From: Candidatus Bipolaricaulota bacterium
Lineage (GTDB): Bacteria; Bipolaricaulota; Bipolaricaulia; RBG-16-55-9; DRXL01
Direction of reading: 5' to 3'
NCBI GenBank assembly: GCA_025060395.1
Contig: JANXCC010000004.1
Coordinates: 37,454-101,453 of the forward strand
Length of the DNA: 64,000 nucleotides
Positions within the stretch are counted from its first letter, which is position 1. Each line of letters begins with the position of its first letter. The translations under genes were made by a program, and so were the position numbers. Under the pieces are notes generated by a model. That model was not told the DNA's origin. It worked only from the letters and a program-made list of their open reading frames with translations, and made no database searches. Below, piece after piece: positions 1 through 8,910 of the stretch.

Positions 1-904
1 ACGGATCTCCGATCAGCTTGAGCGAGTTCGTCACTTTCTCGATCACCTCGGAGACATCAAGCTTCACCTCCGAGAGATAGTCGATGATCGCCGCGAAGGG
101 GCGCAACGTCAGAAGACTTGGCTTCTTCTCTAAGTCGTCATAAGCGCGATCCAAGACTCTGTCTAACAATGTATCATAGGTGCGCAGCTCCAGTAGCATG
201 GCTACGGCGTATTCTAACACATCGGGGACATCGTAGCTTTGGCGTGGGTCATAGAGGAATGCTGCGTTCCAATCTATAAGGGCTAGCTCGTCTTCGTAGT
301 ACGAGAGGGGCTGGCGAATCGCCTCTGAAAGCTCTGAAGTGCTGAGCGGTTCGATCTCGCAGCGCAAGATCTTGGCGATCTCGGTGCTGTACTCTGTAAG
401 AAGCTGCTGCGCGCTCAGGGGATACTCAAATTGCTGAATGAAGAAGATCGCATAGTCTTCCCATTCGGTCTCCGCGTTATGCGACGCTTGAACGATCCCT
501 GGAGCGAGGGCCCCTTGTAAGCGTTTCAGTTGTTCGCGTGCTAGCTGATAGACCTTAGGATTGCCCACCAGCTCTGTTGCTACACCCAACAGATCTTTCA
601 ATTCCCCCTGTAGAGGAAGTTTGAAGATAATGCTGATGACCCCGAAATCATAAAGCTTCGCCCGACAGACCGCGGGGGCGTAGTGCGCGCTCAGAGCTAT
701 AGACCCAAGCTCGATCAGCAACGGCGGACGACGATATTGCACATACGCGGGGGTGAGGCGCTCGACGACTAGGTGCGACGTCGTCGGCGCCTCCCCGAAG
801 ATGCTCTCGATTTTGTCTAAGAGAATCTCGTCGCCGACGTCGAAGCAGTAATAGAGCAGGAGCGAGCCATGCTCGATGCGCAGAGCCTTATTAGTATATT
901 CCAT
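1..904 (-). CDS. DUF155/RMD1 (YagE)-family protein, C-terminus cut by window edge
   Basis: Not in ORF track because it runs off the edge. Hand translation from ATG 904 gives MEYTNKALRIEHGSLLLYYCFDVGDEILLDKIES...KLYDFGVISIIF...NSLKLIGDP, open to base 1. Family call is from memory of DUF155 motifs. Confidence 0.5.
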   Translation of the reverse strand, partial: MEYTNKALRIEHGSLLLYYCFDVGDEILLDKIESIFGEAPTTSHLVVERLTPAYVQYRRPPLLIELGSIALSAHYAPAVCRAKLYDFGVISIIFKLPLQGELKDLLGVATELVGNPKVYQLAREQLKRLQGALAPGIVQASHNAETEWEDYAIFFIQQFEYPLSAQQLLTEYSTEIAKILRCEIEPLSTSELSEAIRQPLSYYEDELALIDWNAAFLYDPRQSYDVPDVLEYAVAMLLELRTYDTLLDRVLDRAYDDLEKKPSLLTLRPFAAIIDYLSEVKLDVSEVIEKVTNSLKLIGDP

Positions 905-937
905 GTGTGTGTCACCTAGGTGGCCAACCTCCTTATT

Positions 938-1204
938 TCAATCGAAGAACTCGAAGAACTCTGAAAACCATCCACGTCTTCTCTCTCCACGCCGGCGTTC
1001 CCAGTCGTCATCTTCATCCCAATCATCTCGAGGGCGTTCTCGCGTGAGACGATCTTGCTCTTCATACCATGTGGCTTCTGCAGTCAAAAGCTTCTCCAGC
1101 TCACCTCGATCGAGCCACACGCCCCGGCAATCCGGGCAGATATCAATCCGTACTCCCCGCCGTTCTACCTCTCGCATGGATACATCACACAGTGGGCATC
1201 GCAT
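938..1204 (-). CDS. small TFIIB-type zinc-ribbon protein with Arg/Asp/Trp-rich tail
   Basis: MRCPLCDVSM...ICPDCRGVWLDRGELEKL has two CxxC pairs. ATG 1204 is preceded by GGAGAG. The track start at 1282 would overlap the upstream gene. Confidence 0.6.
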   Translation of the reverse strand: MRCPLCDVSMREVERRGVRIDICPDCRGVWLDRGELEKLLTAEATWYEEQDRLTRERPRDDWDEDDDWERRRGERRRGWFSEFFEFFD

Positions 1205-1274
1205 AGCTGTTCTTCTCTCTCCTTTCCGTAACTTTGAGGCTCCAACAAAGTATAGCGGGTCTTCTGGAACGTGT

Positions 1275-2471
1275 CTATTCATAGCGCAAAGCTTCTACCG
1301 GAGGCAGCTTCGCAGCCGCGCGTGCGGGGAAGAGCCCCGACAGTGCCCCTAACACGAACGAGAAGATTAAAACCCCGAGCATCAGCCCCGGCGAGAACCC
1401 AACTTCCAACGTCGTCCCTGGTAAGAAGATCGGTGCCAAAAACTTAATGCCCACGGCGATCCCTAGCCCAGCAAACACTCCCAGCAAGCCGCCGATTAGC
1501 CCCATGAAGCCCGATTCCAGCAGAAAGAGCACTAGAATATGGCGCCGCCGCGCTCCGACGGCTTTCATCACGCCGATTTCACGCGTGCGCTCTAAGACTG
1601 CCGTGTACATCGTGTTCATCACGCCGACACCGCCCACTAAGAGCGAAATCGCTGCGATCCCACCTAGAGCTGCTTGGAGAATCCCCACTAAGTTCTGCAT
1701 GAGATCGAGCATCTCCCCCGTCGTGTGCACGTTGAGATCGTCCTTGCCGCGCTGTTCCGTGACGACACGACGGACTTCTTTAGCGATAGAAGCGACGTCA
1801 TGGCCAGCGTGCCCGTGCTGCGCCGTGCGAATGAGCACCAGCGAGAGCTTATTCTGCTCGCCGACCAGTTCTTGTAAGGTCGTTATGGGGATCATAATCG
1901 CGTAGTTGACATCGGGGTCAGCGCGCTTTTCTAAGATCCCGACGACCTCAAACTCCAGCGTCTCGATAGTGAATCTGTCGCCCACAGACAGCCCCAAGTC
2001 TTGGGCAATATTGTTCCCAAGAACAGCTGTCTGAGTCTCGCCTGGTTTCAGCAACCGACCGAGTGCAGGCTTATAGTAAGTACCAAATGCCTGCATCAGC
2101 TCCGGCGCCATGCCCCACGTCAAGAGATATCCTTCGCGCCGCCCAGCGCTGATATACGGCGTCTTGACTAAGACCCCGCCGACGGCCTCAACCCCATGGA
2201 TCTTCTTCAACGGCTCCAAATCAAGCTGGAACGTGTGCACGCCAAGGAGGGCGCCCATGCCCAAGCGATGCTCGCCGTGTCCCGCGATCATCACGACGTT
2301 ATAGCCGAAGGCCTCAAACTCTTGAGCGATAGACTTTTGCATCCCCTGCCCCAGCGAGACTAAAGCGACCACCGCCGCGACGCCGATTAAGATCCCTAAG
2401 ATCGTCAGCCAACTGCGCTTAGGACGATGACGTAAATGGCGCACCGAAAGCCTGATACTATCGAGAAGCAT
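1275..2471 (-). CDS. MacB/FtsX-type ABC transporter permease
   Basis: 398 aa with an N-terminal TM, a large extracytoplasmic domain and a C-terminal FtsX-like bundle (REIGVMKAVGARRRHILVLFLLES). Overlaps the ATPase gene by 14 nt. Confidence 0.85.
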   Translation of the reverse strand: MLLDSIRLSVRHLRHRPKRSWLTILGILIGVAAVVALVSLGQGMQKSIAQEFEAFGYNVVMIAGHGEHRLGMGALLGVHTFQLDLEPLKKIHGVEAVGGVLVKTPYISAGRREGYLLTWGMAPELMQAFGTYYKPALGRLLKPGETQTAVLGNNIAQDLGLSVGDRFTIETLEFEVVGILEKRADPDVNYAIMIPITTLQELVGEQNKLSLVLIRTAQHGHAGHDVASIAKEVRRVVTEQRGKDDLNVHTTGEMLDLMQNLVGILQAALGGIAAISLLVGGVGVMNTMYTAVLERTREIGVMKAVGARRRHILVLFLLESGFMGLIGGLLGVFAGLGIAVGIKFLAPIFLPGTTLEVGFSPGLMLGVLIFSFVLGALSGLFPARAAAKLPPVEALRYE

Positions 2472-3159
2472 AGGGACCTCCTCTCGTCACGGTAACTTCT
2501 TCGACCAAGCGCCCATCTTTGATACGTAAGATGCGCTGGGCGTAGGCCGCCGCTTCGGGATTATGCGTCACTAGGATAATCGTCTTCCCCTCACGGTGGA
2601 GCTGCGCTAAGAGTTCGAGAATTGTTTGACCGGTCTCGGAGTCCAAGTTGCCGGTAGGTTCATCAGCTAAGATGATCTCTGGGTCGTTAGCGAGCGCTCG
2701 CGCGATGGCGACGCGCTGGCGCTCTCCCCCTGAAAGCTGCGCTGGCTTGTGATGCATTCGCTCCCCAAGACCGACTTTGCTCAAGAGTTCTGCAGCGCGG
2801 GCGCGGCGCTCTGCTCGCGGCACCCCTTGAAAGAACAGAGGCAGCTCGACGTTCTCCAGAGCCGTCAGCGTTGGGATGAGATTAAACGTCTGAAAGACGA
2901 AGCCGATTTTCTTCCCGCGAATCTGCGCGAGCGTATCCTCATCGAGCTTGGTGACGTCGTAGCCCTCGAGCTGGACGGTGCCATCAGTGGGCAGATCTAA
3001 GCAGCCGAGCAAGTGCATCAGCGTAGATTTTCCCGATCCCGACGGCCCCATGATCGCCACAAACTCGCCAGGCTGAATAGTCAGATCTATGCCACGCAGG
3101 GCTGGGACGCTCACCTCGCCCATCGGATAGACTTTTTGGATGTTCTTGAGTTGAATCAT
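2458..3159 (-). CDS. ABC transporter ATP-binding protein (MacB/LolD-like)
   Basis: Walker [10 protein letters not shown], signature LSGGERQR, Walker [20 protein letters not shown] precedes ATG 3159. Confidence 0.9.
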   Translation of the reverse strand: MIQLKNIQKVYPMGEVSVPALRGIDLTIQPGEFVAIMGPSGSGKSTLMHLLGCLDLPTDGTVQLEGYDVTKLDEDTLAQIRGKKIGFVFQTFNLIPTLTALENVELPLFFQGVPRAERRARAAELLSKVGLGERMHHKPAQLSGGERQRVAIARALANDPEIILADEPTGNLDSETGQTILELLAQLHREGKTIILVTHNPEAAAYAQRILRIKDGRLVEEVTVTRGGPYASR

Positions 3160-3178
3160 AGCGCTCTCCTTCTATGAA

Positions 3179-3232
3179 GCCCTCGCCCCTCCCCCGTAGA
3201 TCGCCTACGGGAGAGGGGCTGGGGGTGAGGGC
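3179..3232. repeat. G/C-tract imperfect palindromic element (long hairpin) inside the operon
   Basis: GCCCTCGCCCCTCCCCCGTAG-atcgc-CTACGGGAGAGGGGCTGGGGGTGAGGGC. The arms pair with a few bulges. A related element lies at 56614..56670. Confidence 0.55.
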
Positions 3233-3235
3233 CTC

Positions 3236-3829
3236 TTACGGCTTGCGCTCAACGCTTATAAGTTCTGTGAGAGCGACGAGCGCCCATTTGTCACCCTCTT
3301 TCTTCTCGATGCGTAGCAGTGGGGGATACGGCAGAATCTTGCGCGACTCCAGATCGCTGATCGCGATAATCGCCCGCTGATCTTCAAACTTCGGATGAGT
3401 ATAGACTCCCTTCACGGCTTTGACTCCCGCGATGATGACTTCTTCGCTGGTGACGAGCTTGGCGCCCTCGGGCAAGAGAATCTCTCTGTTGGGCTGGACT
3501 TCACGAGAGTCGAGCGCGCTGAGCGGCGTCATGTCCAGATACCCTTTAGGGACGTGAGCAAAGCCATGCGAAAAGACCATGACTTGGAGCTGATCGCGCT
3601 CGGCGAGCAACTCGAACGTCTCGGTGACCCGGAACTTCGAGCCCTCTGGCACGATCTTGAGCGTCAGCATTCCCGGGCTGGGATCGTTCTCCATGTTTGT
3701 CAAGCGATAGATAATGGTGAGCGATCCCCCCGTGTAGGGGCCGATGCCGAAGATTTGGGCCAAGACCAAGCTGCCGCCCACGAGCGCAACGAATAGCAAA
3801 GCGATAAGCGCGATGTGCAGTCTCTTCAT
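3236..3829 (-). CDS. hypothetical exported protein, first gene of the ABC module
   Basis: 197 aa with signal/anchor MKRLHIALIALLFVALVGGSLVLA. GGAGG precedes the ATG. No motif recognised. Confidence 0.6.
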   Translation of the reverse strand: MKRLHIALIALLFVALVGGSLVLAQIFGIGPYTGGSLTIIYRLTNMENDPSPGMLTLKIVPEGSKFRVTETFELLAERDQLQVMVFSHGFAHVPKGYLDMTPLSALDSREVQPNREILLPEGAKLVTSEEVIIAGVKAVKGVYTHPKFEDQRAIIAISDLESRKILPYPPLLRIEKKEGDKWALVALTELISVERKP

Positions 3830-3906
3830 TGAACCTCCTTCTTAAGGTTATCTCAAACCGAATTAAGCTGGTGCGAAGCGAGCACGCCAAAGCTGAGCAG
3901 CGCGGG

Positions 3907-4251
3907 CTACAGCGTAGGGGGATGCCAGAGGGATTCAGGGACGAGAAGATCCTTCGCTAGCGGTTCTATAGCGATAAATCCCCTGTATGGGATGTCAAAG
4001 CAAAAATCAGCGATGGCACCGGGCAAGGCAGGGCAAGCCCCGCAGCAGAGACTCCTATGAGCACTGAGCGCATCGCCCGCCTGCTCGCAGCAGTGATGCT
4101 GTAGCAGCGCGATCGTATCTGACGCAGGGTGATCATGCGCGTTGTGCTCCGGGTGCACCGAGACATTCAAGAACCAGTGAGGGAGCAAGAGCCAGTGGCT
4201 CCCCAGCGCGATCATGATCACGCATAATAAGATGACTTTACTTGTTCTCAT
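3907..4251 (-). CDS. small His/Cys-rich membrane protein (candidate copper-handling factor)
   Basis: 114 aa with an N-terminal TM, then HPEHNAHDHP, HHCCEQ and CCGAC motifs. Sits 8 nt downstream of csoR. Confidence 0.55.
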   Translation of the reverse strand: MRTSKVILLCVIMIALGSHWLLLPHWFLNVSVHPEHNAHDHPASDTIALLQHHCCEQAGDALSAHRSLCCGACPALPGAIADFCFDIPYRGFIAIEPLAKDLLVPESLWHPPTL

Positions 4252-4259
4252 GATCTCTC

Positions 4260-4571
4260 TCAGAAGTTCTTCAGATACTTGAAGACTTCCATTAGTTCGT
4301 CGATCTTCTCTGCGCCCCGGCCCGATTGGATCGCCTCAGTAAGACACGTCTGCATGTGCCCTTTCGTTAAGATCTGAGCGATCTGGGAGAGCGACGCTTG
4401 CACGGCAGCGATTTGCTTGAGAATCTCGATGCAATACTCTTCGTGCTCGATCATTGTTTCGATGCCCTCGATGTGACCACGCACCGTGCGGATGCGGCGC
4501 AAGAGATCGCGCTTCATCTGGGGCAGATGCCGGAGCGCGCCGTGCTTGTGAGCCTCCACGTGCGTTGGCAT
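4260..4571 (-). CDS. csoR: CsoR-family copper-sensing repressor
   Basis: ATG 4571 with AAGGAG. 103 aa. EYC...GHMQTC gives the Cys / His-x3-Cys Cu(I) ligand pattern of CsoR. Confidence 0.85.
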   Translation of the reverse strand: MPTHVEAHKHGALRHLPQMKRDLLRRIRTVRGHIEGIETMIEHEEYCIEILKQIAAVQASLSQIAQILTKGHMQTCLTEAIQSGRGAEKIDELMEVFKYLKNF

Positions 4572-4587
4572 GGTGTTGCTCCTTTCT

Positions 4588-7074
4588 TTAAGTAGCAGCA
4601 ACGAGCGGCGCACGGAATCTCCGCAGGCGCAGCGCGTTGCTGACAACACTTACCGATGACAACCCCATCGCCCCAGCGGCAAGAATCGGGTCGAGCAGCC
4701 CCAGCGCCGCCACGGGAATGAGCACCGTGTTATAGAGAAACGCCCAGAAGAGATTCTGACGAATATTTCTCACCGTGGCTCTGCTGAGGGCAATCGCCGT
4801 CACGACGCCGCGCAGATCGCCTCCTACTAAAGTAATATCGGATGCTTCCATCGCGATGTCAGTGCCCGTTCCGATGGCGATCCCCACATCGGCTTGAGCT
4901 AAGGCCGGTGCGTCGTTAATCCCGTCTCCGACCATCGCCACGACCTTGCCCTGCGCTTGAAGCTTCTTCACGATCTCGGCTTTCTCACCAGGCAAGACCT
5001 CAGCGAAGACTTGCTCAATCCCAATTTGGCGAGCAATCACTTCGGCAGTCTTTTTGTTGTCCCCAGTGATCATCACGACTTCCAAGCCCAAAGCCTTCAG
5101 AGCAGCTATGGCTTCCCGCGCGCCCTCTTTTACCGTGTCAGCGATAGCGATCACGCCTAGGGCCTCGCCGTCTTGAGCAATGAACACGGGCGTCTTGCCT
5201 TCAGCTGAGAAGCGTTCAGCGTGTTCGAGCAACCCATCGAGCACGACGTTCTCATCGCGCATCAGTTTGAGATTGCCCACGAGCACTTGATGACCGTTCA
5301 GATGGGCGCGAATTCCGTGTCCGGGGATGGCCGCAAACTCGCGGGCTTCTTCTAGTGTGAGCTGCTTCTCTTGAGCATACTTCACGATAGCTTCGCCCAG
5401 GGGATGCTCGGAGACTTGTTCAACTGAAGCCGCAAGCTGCACAAACTGCTCCGCAGAAACTCCAGGGATCGTCATGATATCAGTGACTTGGGGGCGGCCC
5501 TTCGTGAGCGTGCCCGTCTTGTCTAAAATTATTGTCGTGAGCTTATGCGCGGTCTCGAGCGCATCGCCGCCGCGAATGAGAATCCCGTGTTCTGCGCCCT
5601 TGCCCATGCCGACCATAATGCTCGTTGGCGTTGCCAAACCCAATGCACACGGACACGCTATGATCAAGACCGCGACAAAATTCAAAAGGGCTTTCGTGAG
5701 CGCCGGCTGCGGCCCAAAGAAATACCAACCCAAGAACGTCACGATAGCAATCCCAATAACAGGTGGGACGAAGTAGCTTGCGATCACGTCGGCAAGCTTA
5801 GCGATGGGAGGCTTGGCGCTTTGCGCTTCTTCGACTAATCTAATAATCTGCGCAAGAGCTGTTTCACTGCCGACTTTAGTCGCCCTGAATGTGAACGAGC
5901 CGGTCTTGTTGAGTGTCCCTCCAATGACCTCGTCGCCAGGGAGTTTTTCGACGGGAAGCGACTCTCCAGTAATCATAGATTCGTCCACTGCCGAAGCGCC
6001 CTCGATGACGACGCCGTCCACGGGGATTTTTTCGCCAGGACGCACAAGAACGAGATCGCCGACTTGGACCTCTTCGACGGGGATATCTCGCGCTTGACTG
6101 TCACGGATGACGCGGGCGGTCTTGGCTTGTAAGCCGATGAGCTTTCTGATCGCTTCCGAGGTGCGCCCCTTGGCCCGCGCTTCGATCAATCGCCCTAAGA
6201 GAATGATCGTAATGATCGCCGCTGATGTGTCAAAGTACAAGTCCATGTGCCCGTGGGCATTGAAGAACGGCAGGAGGGCGCTGTAGCCATAGGCTGCCGT
6301 CGTGCCCACGGCGATCAACGTGTTCATGTCTGTCGTTTTATTGCGGGCGGCCGCCCACGCGCCGCGATAGAACTGCCAGCCGGCCCAAAACTGCACCGGC
6401 GTCGCCAACAGTAACTGTAAGAGATAGTTCCATTGATCAGCGATGGGCAGCCTCAGTCCCAGCATCCCCGGGTACATCAAGAGAAAAATCGCCCCGGTGA
6501 GCACCGACGAAACGACAAGCTTACGGCGTAGGTGCGCTTCGTGTTCTTCATGATGGCGAATGTGCGCATAGGGTTTTTCTTCTGGAACGTCGTACCCGAT
6601 CCTGCGCACGGCTTCTTTCAAGGTCTCAGCCGTGACGTGCGGAGCGACGCGCACGGTCGCTCTTGCGGTAGCCAAGTTCACGCTGGCGTCGAGAACTCCT
6701 GGGACGCTCGTGAGGGCCTTTTCGACTTTCGCGACGCAGCTAGCGCAGCTCATCCCCGCAATGGGCAGAGTGATGGACCTCTCCCCTCGCCTCTCTCTTA
6801 CGCCTAGAGAAGGCCTGATCTTCAGGGGAGCTTTCGAAGGGCGTGGCTCATCTTCGTCAGCCTCTGCGCTCAGCTCTTCAGCTTCGTAGCCTGCGTCTGT
6901 GATGGCTTGCTTCAGGCTCATCGGCGAGACACTCTCGTTGTGCTCGATCTCGGCGCGGCCGCGCTCCAGCGAGACACTGACAGCGCGAACGCCCGCGATG
7001 CCCTGCAAAGCTTTAGTCACTGATTGGACGCAGTGCTGACAGCTCATCCCTTTGACTTTTAGAATTGTCTTCAT
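4588..7074 (-). CDS. copA: Cu(I)-translocating P1B-type ATPase
   Basis: ATG 7074 with GGAGGA. Two HMA domains (GMSCQHC, GMSCASC), plus CPC, DKTGT and GDGINDAP motifs. Confidence 0.95.
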   Translation of the reverse strand: MKTILKVKGMSCQHCVQSVTKALQGIAGVRAVSVSLERGRAEIEHNESVSPMSLKQAITDAGYEAEELSAEADEDEPRPSKAPLKIRPSLGVRERRGERSITLPIAGMSCASCVAKVEKALTSVPGVLDASVNLATARATVRVAPHVTAETLKEAVRRIGYDVPEEKPYAHIRHHEEHEAHLRRKLVVSSVLTGAIFLLMYPGMLGLRLPIADQWNYLLQLLLATPVQFWAGWQFYRGAWAAARNKTTDMNTLIAVGTTAAYGYSALLPFFNAHGHMDLYFDTSAAIITIILLGRLIEARAKGRTSEAIRKLIGLQAKTARVIRDSQARDIPVEEVQVGDLVLVRPGEKIPVDGVVIEGASAVDESMITGESLPVEKLPGDEVIGGTLNKTGSFTFRATKVGSETALAQIIRLVEEAQSAKPPIAKLADVIASYFVPPVIGIAIVTFLGWYFFGPQPALTKALLNFVAVLIIACPCALGLATPTSIMVGMGKGAEHGILIRGGDALETAHKLTTIILDKTGTLTKGRPQVTDIMTIPGVSAEQFVQLAASVEQVSEHPLGEAIVKYAQEKQLTLEEAREFAAIPGHGIRAHLNGHQVLVGNLKLMRDENVVLDGLLEHAERFSAEGKTPVFIAQDGEALGVIAIADTVKEGAREAIAALKALGLEVVMITGDNKKTAEVIARQIGIEQVFAEVLPGEKAEIVKKLQAQGKVVAMVGDGINDAPALAQADVGIAIGTGTDIAMEASDITLVGGDLRGVVTAIALSRATVRNIRQNLFWAFLYNTVLIPVAALGLLDPILAAGAMGLSSVSVVSNALRLRRFRAPLVAAT

Positions 7075-7083
7075 AGTAATCCT

Positions 7084-7102
7084 CCCCACCTGGGGGGGGT
7101 AT
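7084..7102 (-). promoter_or_regulatory. putative CsoR operator (C-tract/G-tract pseudo-palindrome)
   Basis: The minus strand reads ATACCCCCCCCAGGTGGGG with core CCCCA-GG-TGGGG. It lies between the -10 hexamer and the copA SD. Confidence 0.45.
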
Positions 7103-7106
7103 AGAG

Positions 7107-7135
7107 AGTATACTCGATGCGCGAGCGAATGTCAA
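7107..7135 (-). promoter_or_regulatory. sigma70-type promoter of the copA-csoR operon
   Basis: On the minus strand: TTGACA (7135..7130), 17-nt spacer, TATACT (7112..7107). Confidence 0.6.
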
Positions 7136-7153
7136 GCGTTATAATAGCTCTCT

Positions 7154-8308
7154 ATGAAACTGACGGCGCAGATCAGCCGCACCGTCTTTTTGTTAGGGAT
7201 TGTCAGTCTATTGAACGATCTTGCAGGCGAGCTGATCATGGCTGTCTTGCCCATCTTTTTGATAGGGCTTGGCAGCGCCGGGTGGGTCGTGGGGCTGATC
7301 GGCGGTCTGGAAGACGCCACAAAAAGTCTTTTGAGTCTCGTCTTTGGGGGTCTTGCTGATAGACTAGGGCGCAAGAAGCCCTTGGTCTTCTTGGGCTATC
7401 TCATCCCGTCGGTCTTTCGCATCGCGTTGCCGTTCTCGACCCATTGGGCGATGGCGCTGGCCTTCCGGGTGCTCGATAGGATGGGCAAAGGGATGCGAAC
7501 CGCGCCACGCGATGCACTCATCGCCGACTCGGTCACGGAAGCAACACGCGGGGCGAACTTCGGCTTCCACCGCGCGATGGATACAGGGGGAGCGCTGCTC
7601 GGCTCAGCGCTCGCGTTTGTCTTCTTCTGGTGGCTCAATCTCCCCGTGCCAGGGATCATTCTCGTAGGCGGGCTGATCTCGGTAGCGTCGCTCATCCCCT
7701 TAGGTTTCGTCTCAGAATCTGTAAGCGCAGCTCAGCGTAGCAAGCTCTTCGAGGGCCTGCGCGAGCTGCCAAAGGCGTTCTATCTGAATCTGCTGGGGAT
7801 GAGCATCTTCGCCTTGGCCAATTTTAGCTATATGTTCTTCTTGCTCAAGGTAAACGCAGCGTATACAGACAAGCTCGCGGTCGGTCTGCCTATAGGAATG
7901 TACGTGCTCTATAACTTCACGTACACGCTCTGTGCGCTCCCCGCGGGGGTGCTCTCAGACAAGATCGGGCGGCGCGCCGTCTTGCTCATGGGGTATCTGA
8001 TATTCGGCATGACGTCCTTGGGGTTTGCGTTTGCGCGGAGTTTAGTGCTCTTTGTGCCGCTTTTTGCGTTCTACGGGATCGCGTATGCGTTCATAGAGTC
8101 CAACCAACGAGCGTTTGCAGCAGATTTGGCGCCGCTGGAGCGCCGTGGCACGGCGCTGGGACTCTTTCATATGTGCATCGGCTTTGGCTCGCTGTTGGGC
8201 AGCTGTATCGCTGGAGTGCTCTGGGAGATCTCACACGCGCTGACGTTCTTCTACGGCGCGGCGCTTGCAGCAGTGAGCCTCGCGTTCTTAGCGGCGCGAT
8301 GGGAATGA
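7154..8308 (+). CDS. MFS transporter
   Basis: 384 aa, about 12 TM. Loop motif GGLADRLGRKKP. TATAAT 7140..7145 lies 8 nt before the ATG and there is no SD. Confidence 0.8.
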   Translation: MKLTAQISRTVFLLGIVSLLNDLAGELIMAVLPIFLIGLGSAGWVVGLIGGLEDATKSLLSLVFGGLADRLGRKKPLVFLGYLIPSVFRIALPFSTHWAMALAFRVLDRMGKGMRTAPRDALIADSVTEATRGANFGFHRAMDTGGALLGSALAFVFFWWLNLPVPGIILVGGLISVASLIPLGFVSESVSAAQRSKLFEGLRELPKAFYLNLLGMSIFALANFSYMFFLLKVNAAYTDKLAVGLPIGMYVLYNFTYTLCALPAGVLSDKIGRRAVLLMGYLIFGMTSLGFAFARSLVLFVPLFAFYGIAYAFIESNQRAFAADLAPLERRGTALGLFHMCIGFGSLLGSCIAGVLWEISHALTFFYGAALAAVSLAFLAARWE

Positions 8309-8331
8309 ATCTGGCTCGGTGCAAAATTTTC

Positions 8332-8340
8332 TGTTACAAT
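8332..8340 (+). promoter_or_regulatory. extended -10 promoter element (TGtTACAAT)
   Basis: TG at 8332..8333 and TACAAT at 8335..8340, 23 nt upstream of the small-ORF ATG. Confidence 0.45.
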
Positions 8341-8362
8341 ACGAGGATGTGAGGAGGCTCCT

Positions 8363-8467
8363 ATGGCCAAGATGAACCCACGATATCGGCCCAAATGGTT
8401 GCGAAAGTTCAAGCGCAAGATGGCTGCGAAGCGTCGTCAGGCCCGTCGTGCCAAGCTCTATCCGTAG
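8363..8467 (+). CDS. 34-aa hyper-basic small protein (possible ribosome/nucleic-acid-associated)
   Basis: Hand translation gives MAKMNPRYRPKWLRKFKRKMAAKRRQARRAKLYP-stop. GAGGAGG lies 5 nt upstream. It is the first cistron after the promoter and is below the track cutoff. Confidence 0.5.
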   Translation: MAKMNPRYRPKWLRKFKRKMAAKRRQARRAKLYP

Positions 8468-8478
8468 GAGGTATCGCC

Positions 8479-8898
8479 ATGCCCAGCGCTACGGTGCGAT
8501 TAGTCGAGGGAATGCAATTTGTAGCGACAAGCGAGAGCGGTCACGCCGTCGTCATGGACACTACGGAAGATATTGGGGGACACGACACCGGCCCGCGCCC
8601 TATGGAGCTGGTGCTCATGGCGCTTGGGGGCTGTACGGGGATGGATGTCGTCTCGATCCTGCGCAAGATGCAGGTCCAGTTTACGCGCTTCGAGATGAAG
8701 GTTGAGGGGGAGCGCGCTGCCGAGCACCCCAAATACTTCACGAAAATCAGAGTGCTCTATAGAATCTGGGGCGATGTCCCTGAAGAGAAGCTCAAGAGAG
8801 CGATTGATCTCTCGTTGGAAAAGTACTGTTCAGTCTCTCACTCGCTCAAGCCTAAAGCCGAGATCTCGTATGCCTATCAGATCAATCCGCCTAGCTAG
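8479..8898 (+). CDS. OsmC-family peroxiredoxin-like protein
   Basis: ATG 8479 with TAGGAGGT. 139 aa with paired Cys motifs LGGCTGMD and KYCSVSHSL. Confidence 0.85.
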   Translation: MPSATVRLVEGMQFVATSESGHAVVMDTTEDIGGHDTGPRPMELVLMALGGCTGMDVVSILRKMQVQFTRFEMKVEGERAAEHPKYFTKIRVLYRIWGDVPEEKLKRAIDLSLEKYCSVSHSLKPKAEISYAYQINPPS

Positions 8899-8910
8899 AA
8901 AGGAGCTTCT

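Noticed and set aside
876-1352. Arg/Ser/Pro-rich ORFs antisense to good genes. This one is typical; similar ORFs occur throughout the track, for example 1447..1905, 5474..6097, 27516..27827, 36663..36965 and 63083..63626.
   Set aside because: The composition is typical of the non-coding strand of GC-rich genes. They have no SD and no motifs, and each is fully nested in a strong CDS.
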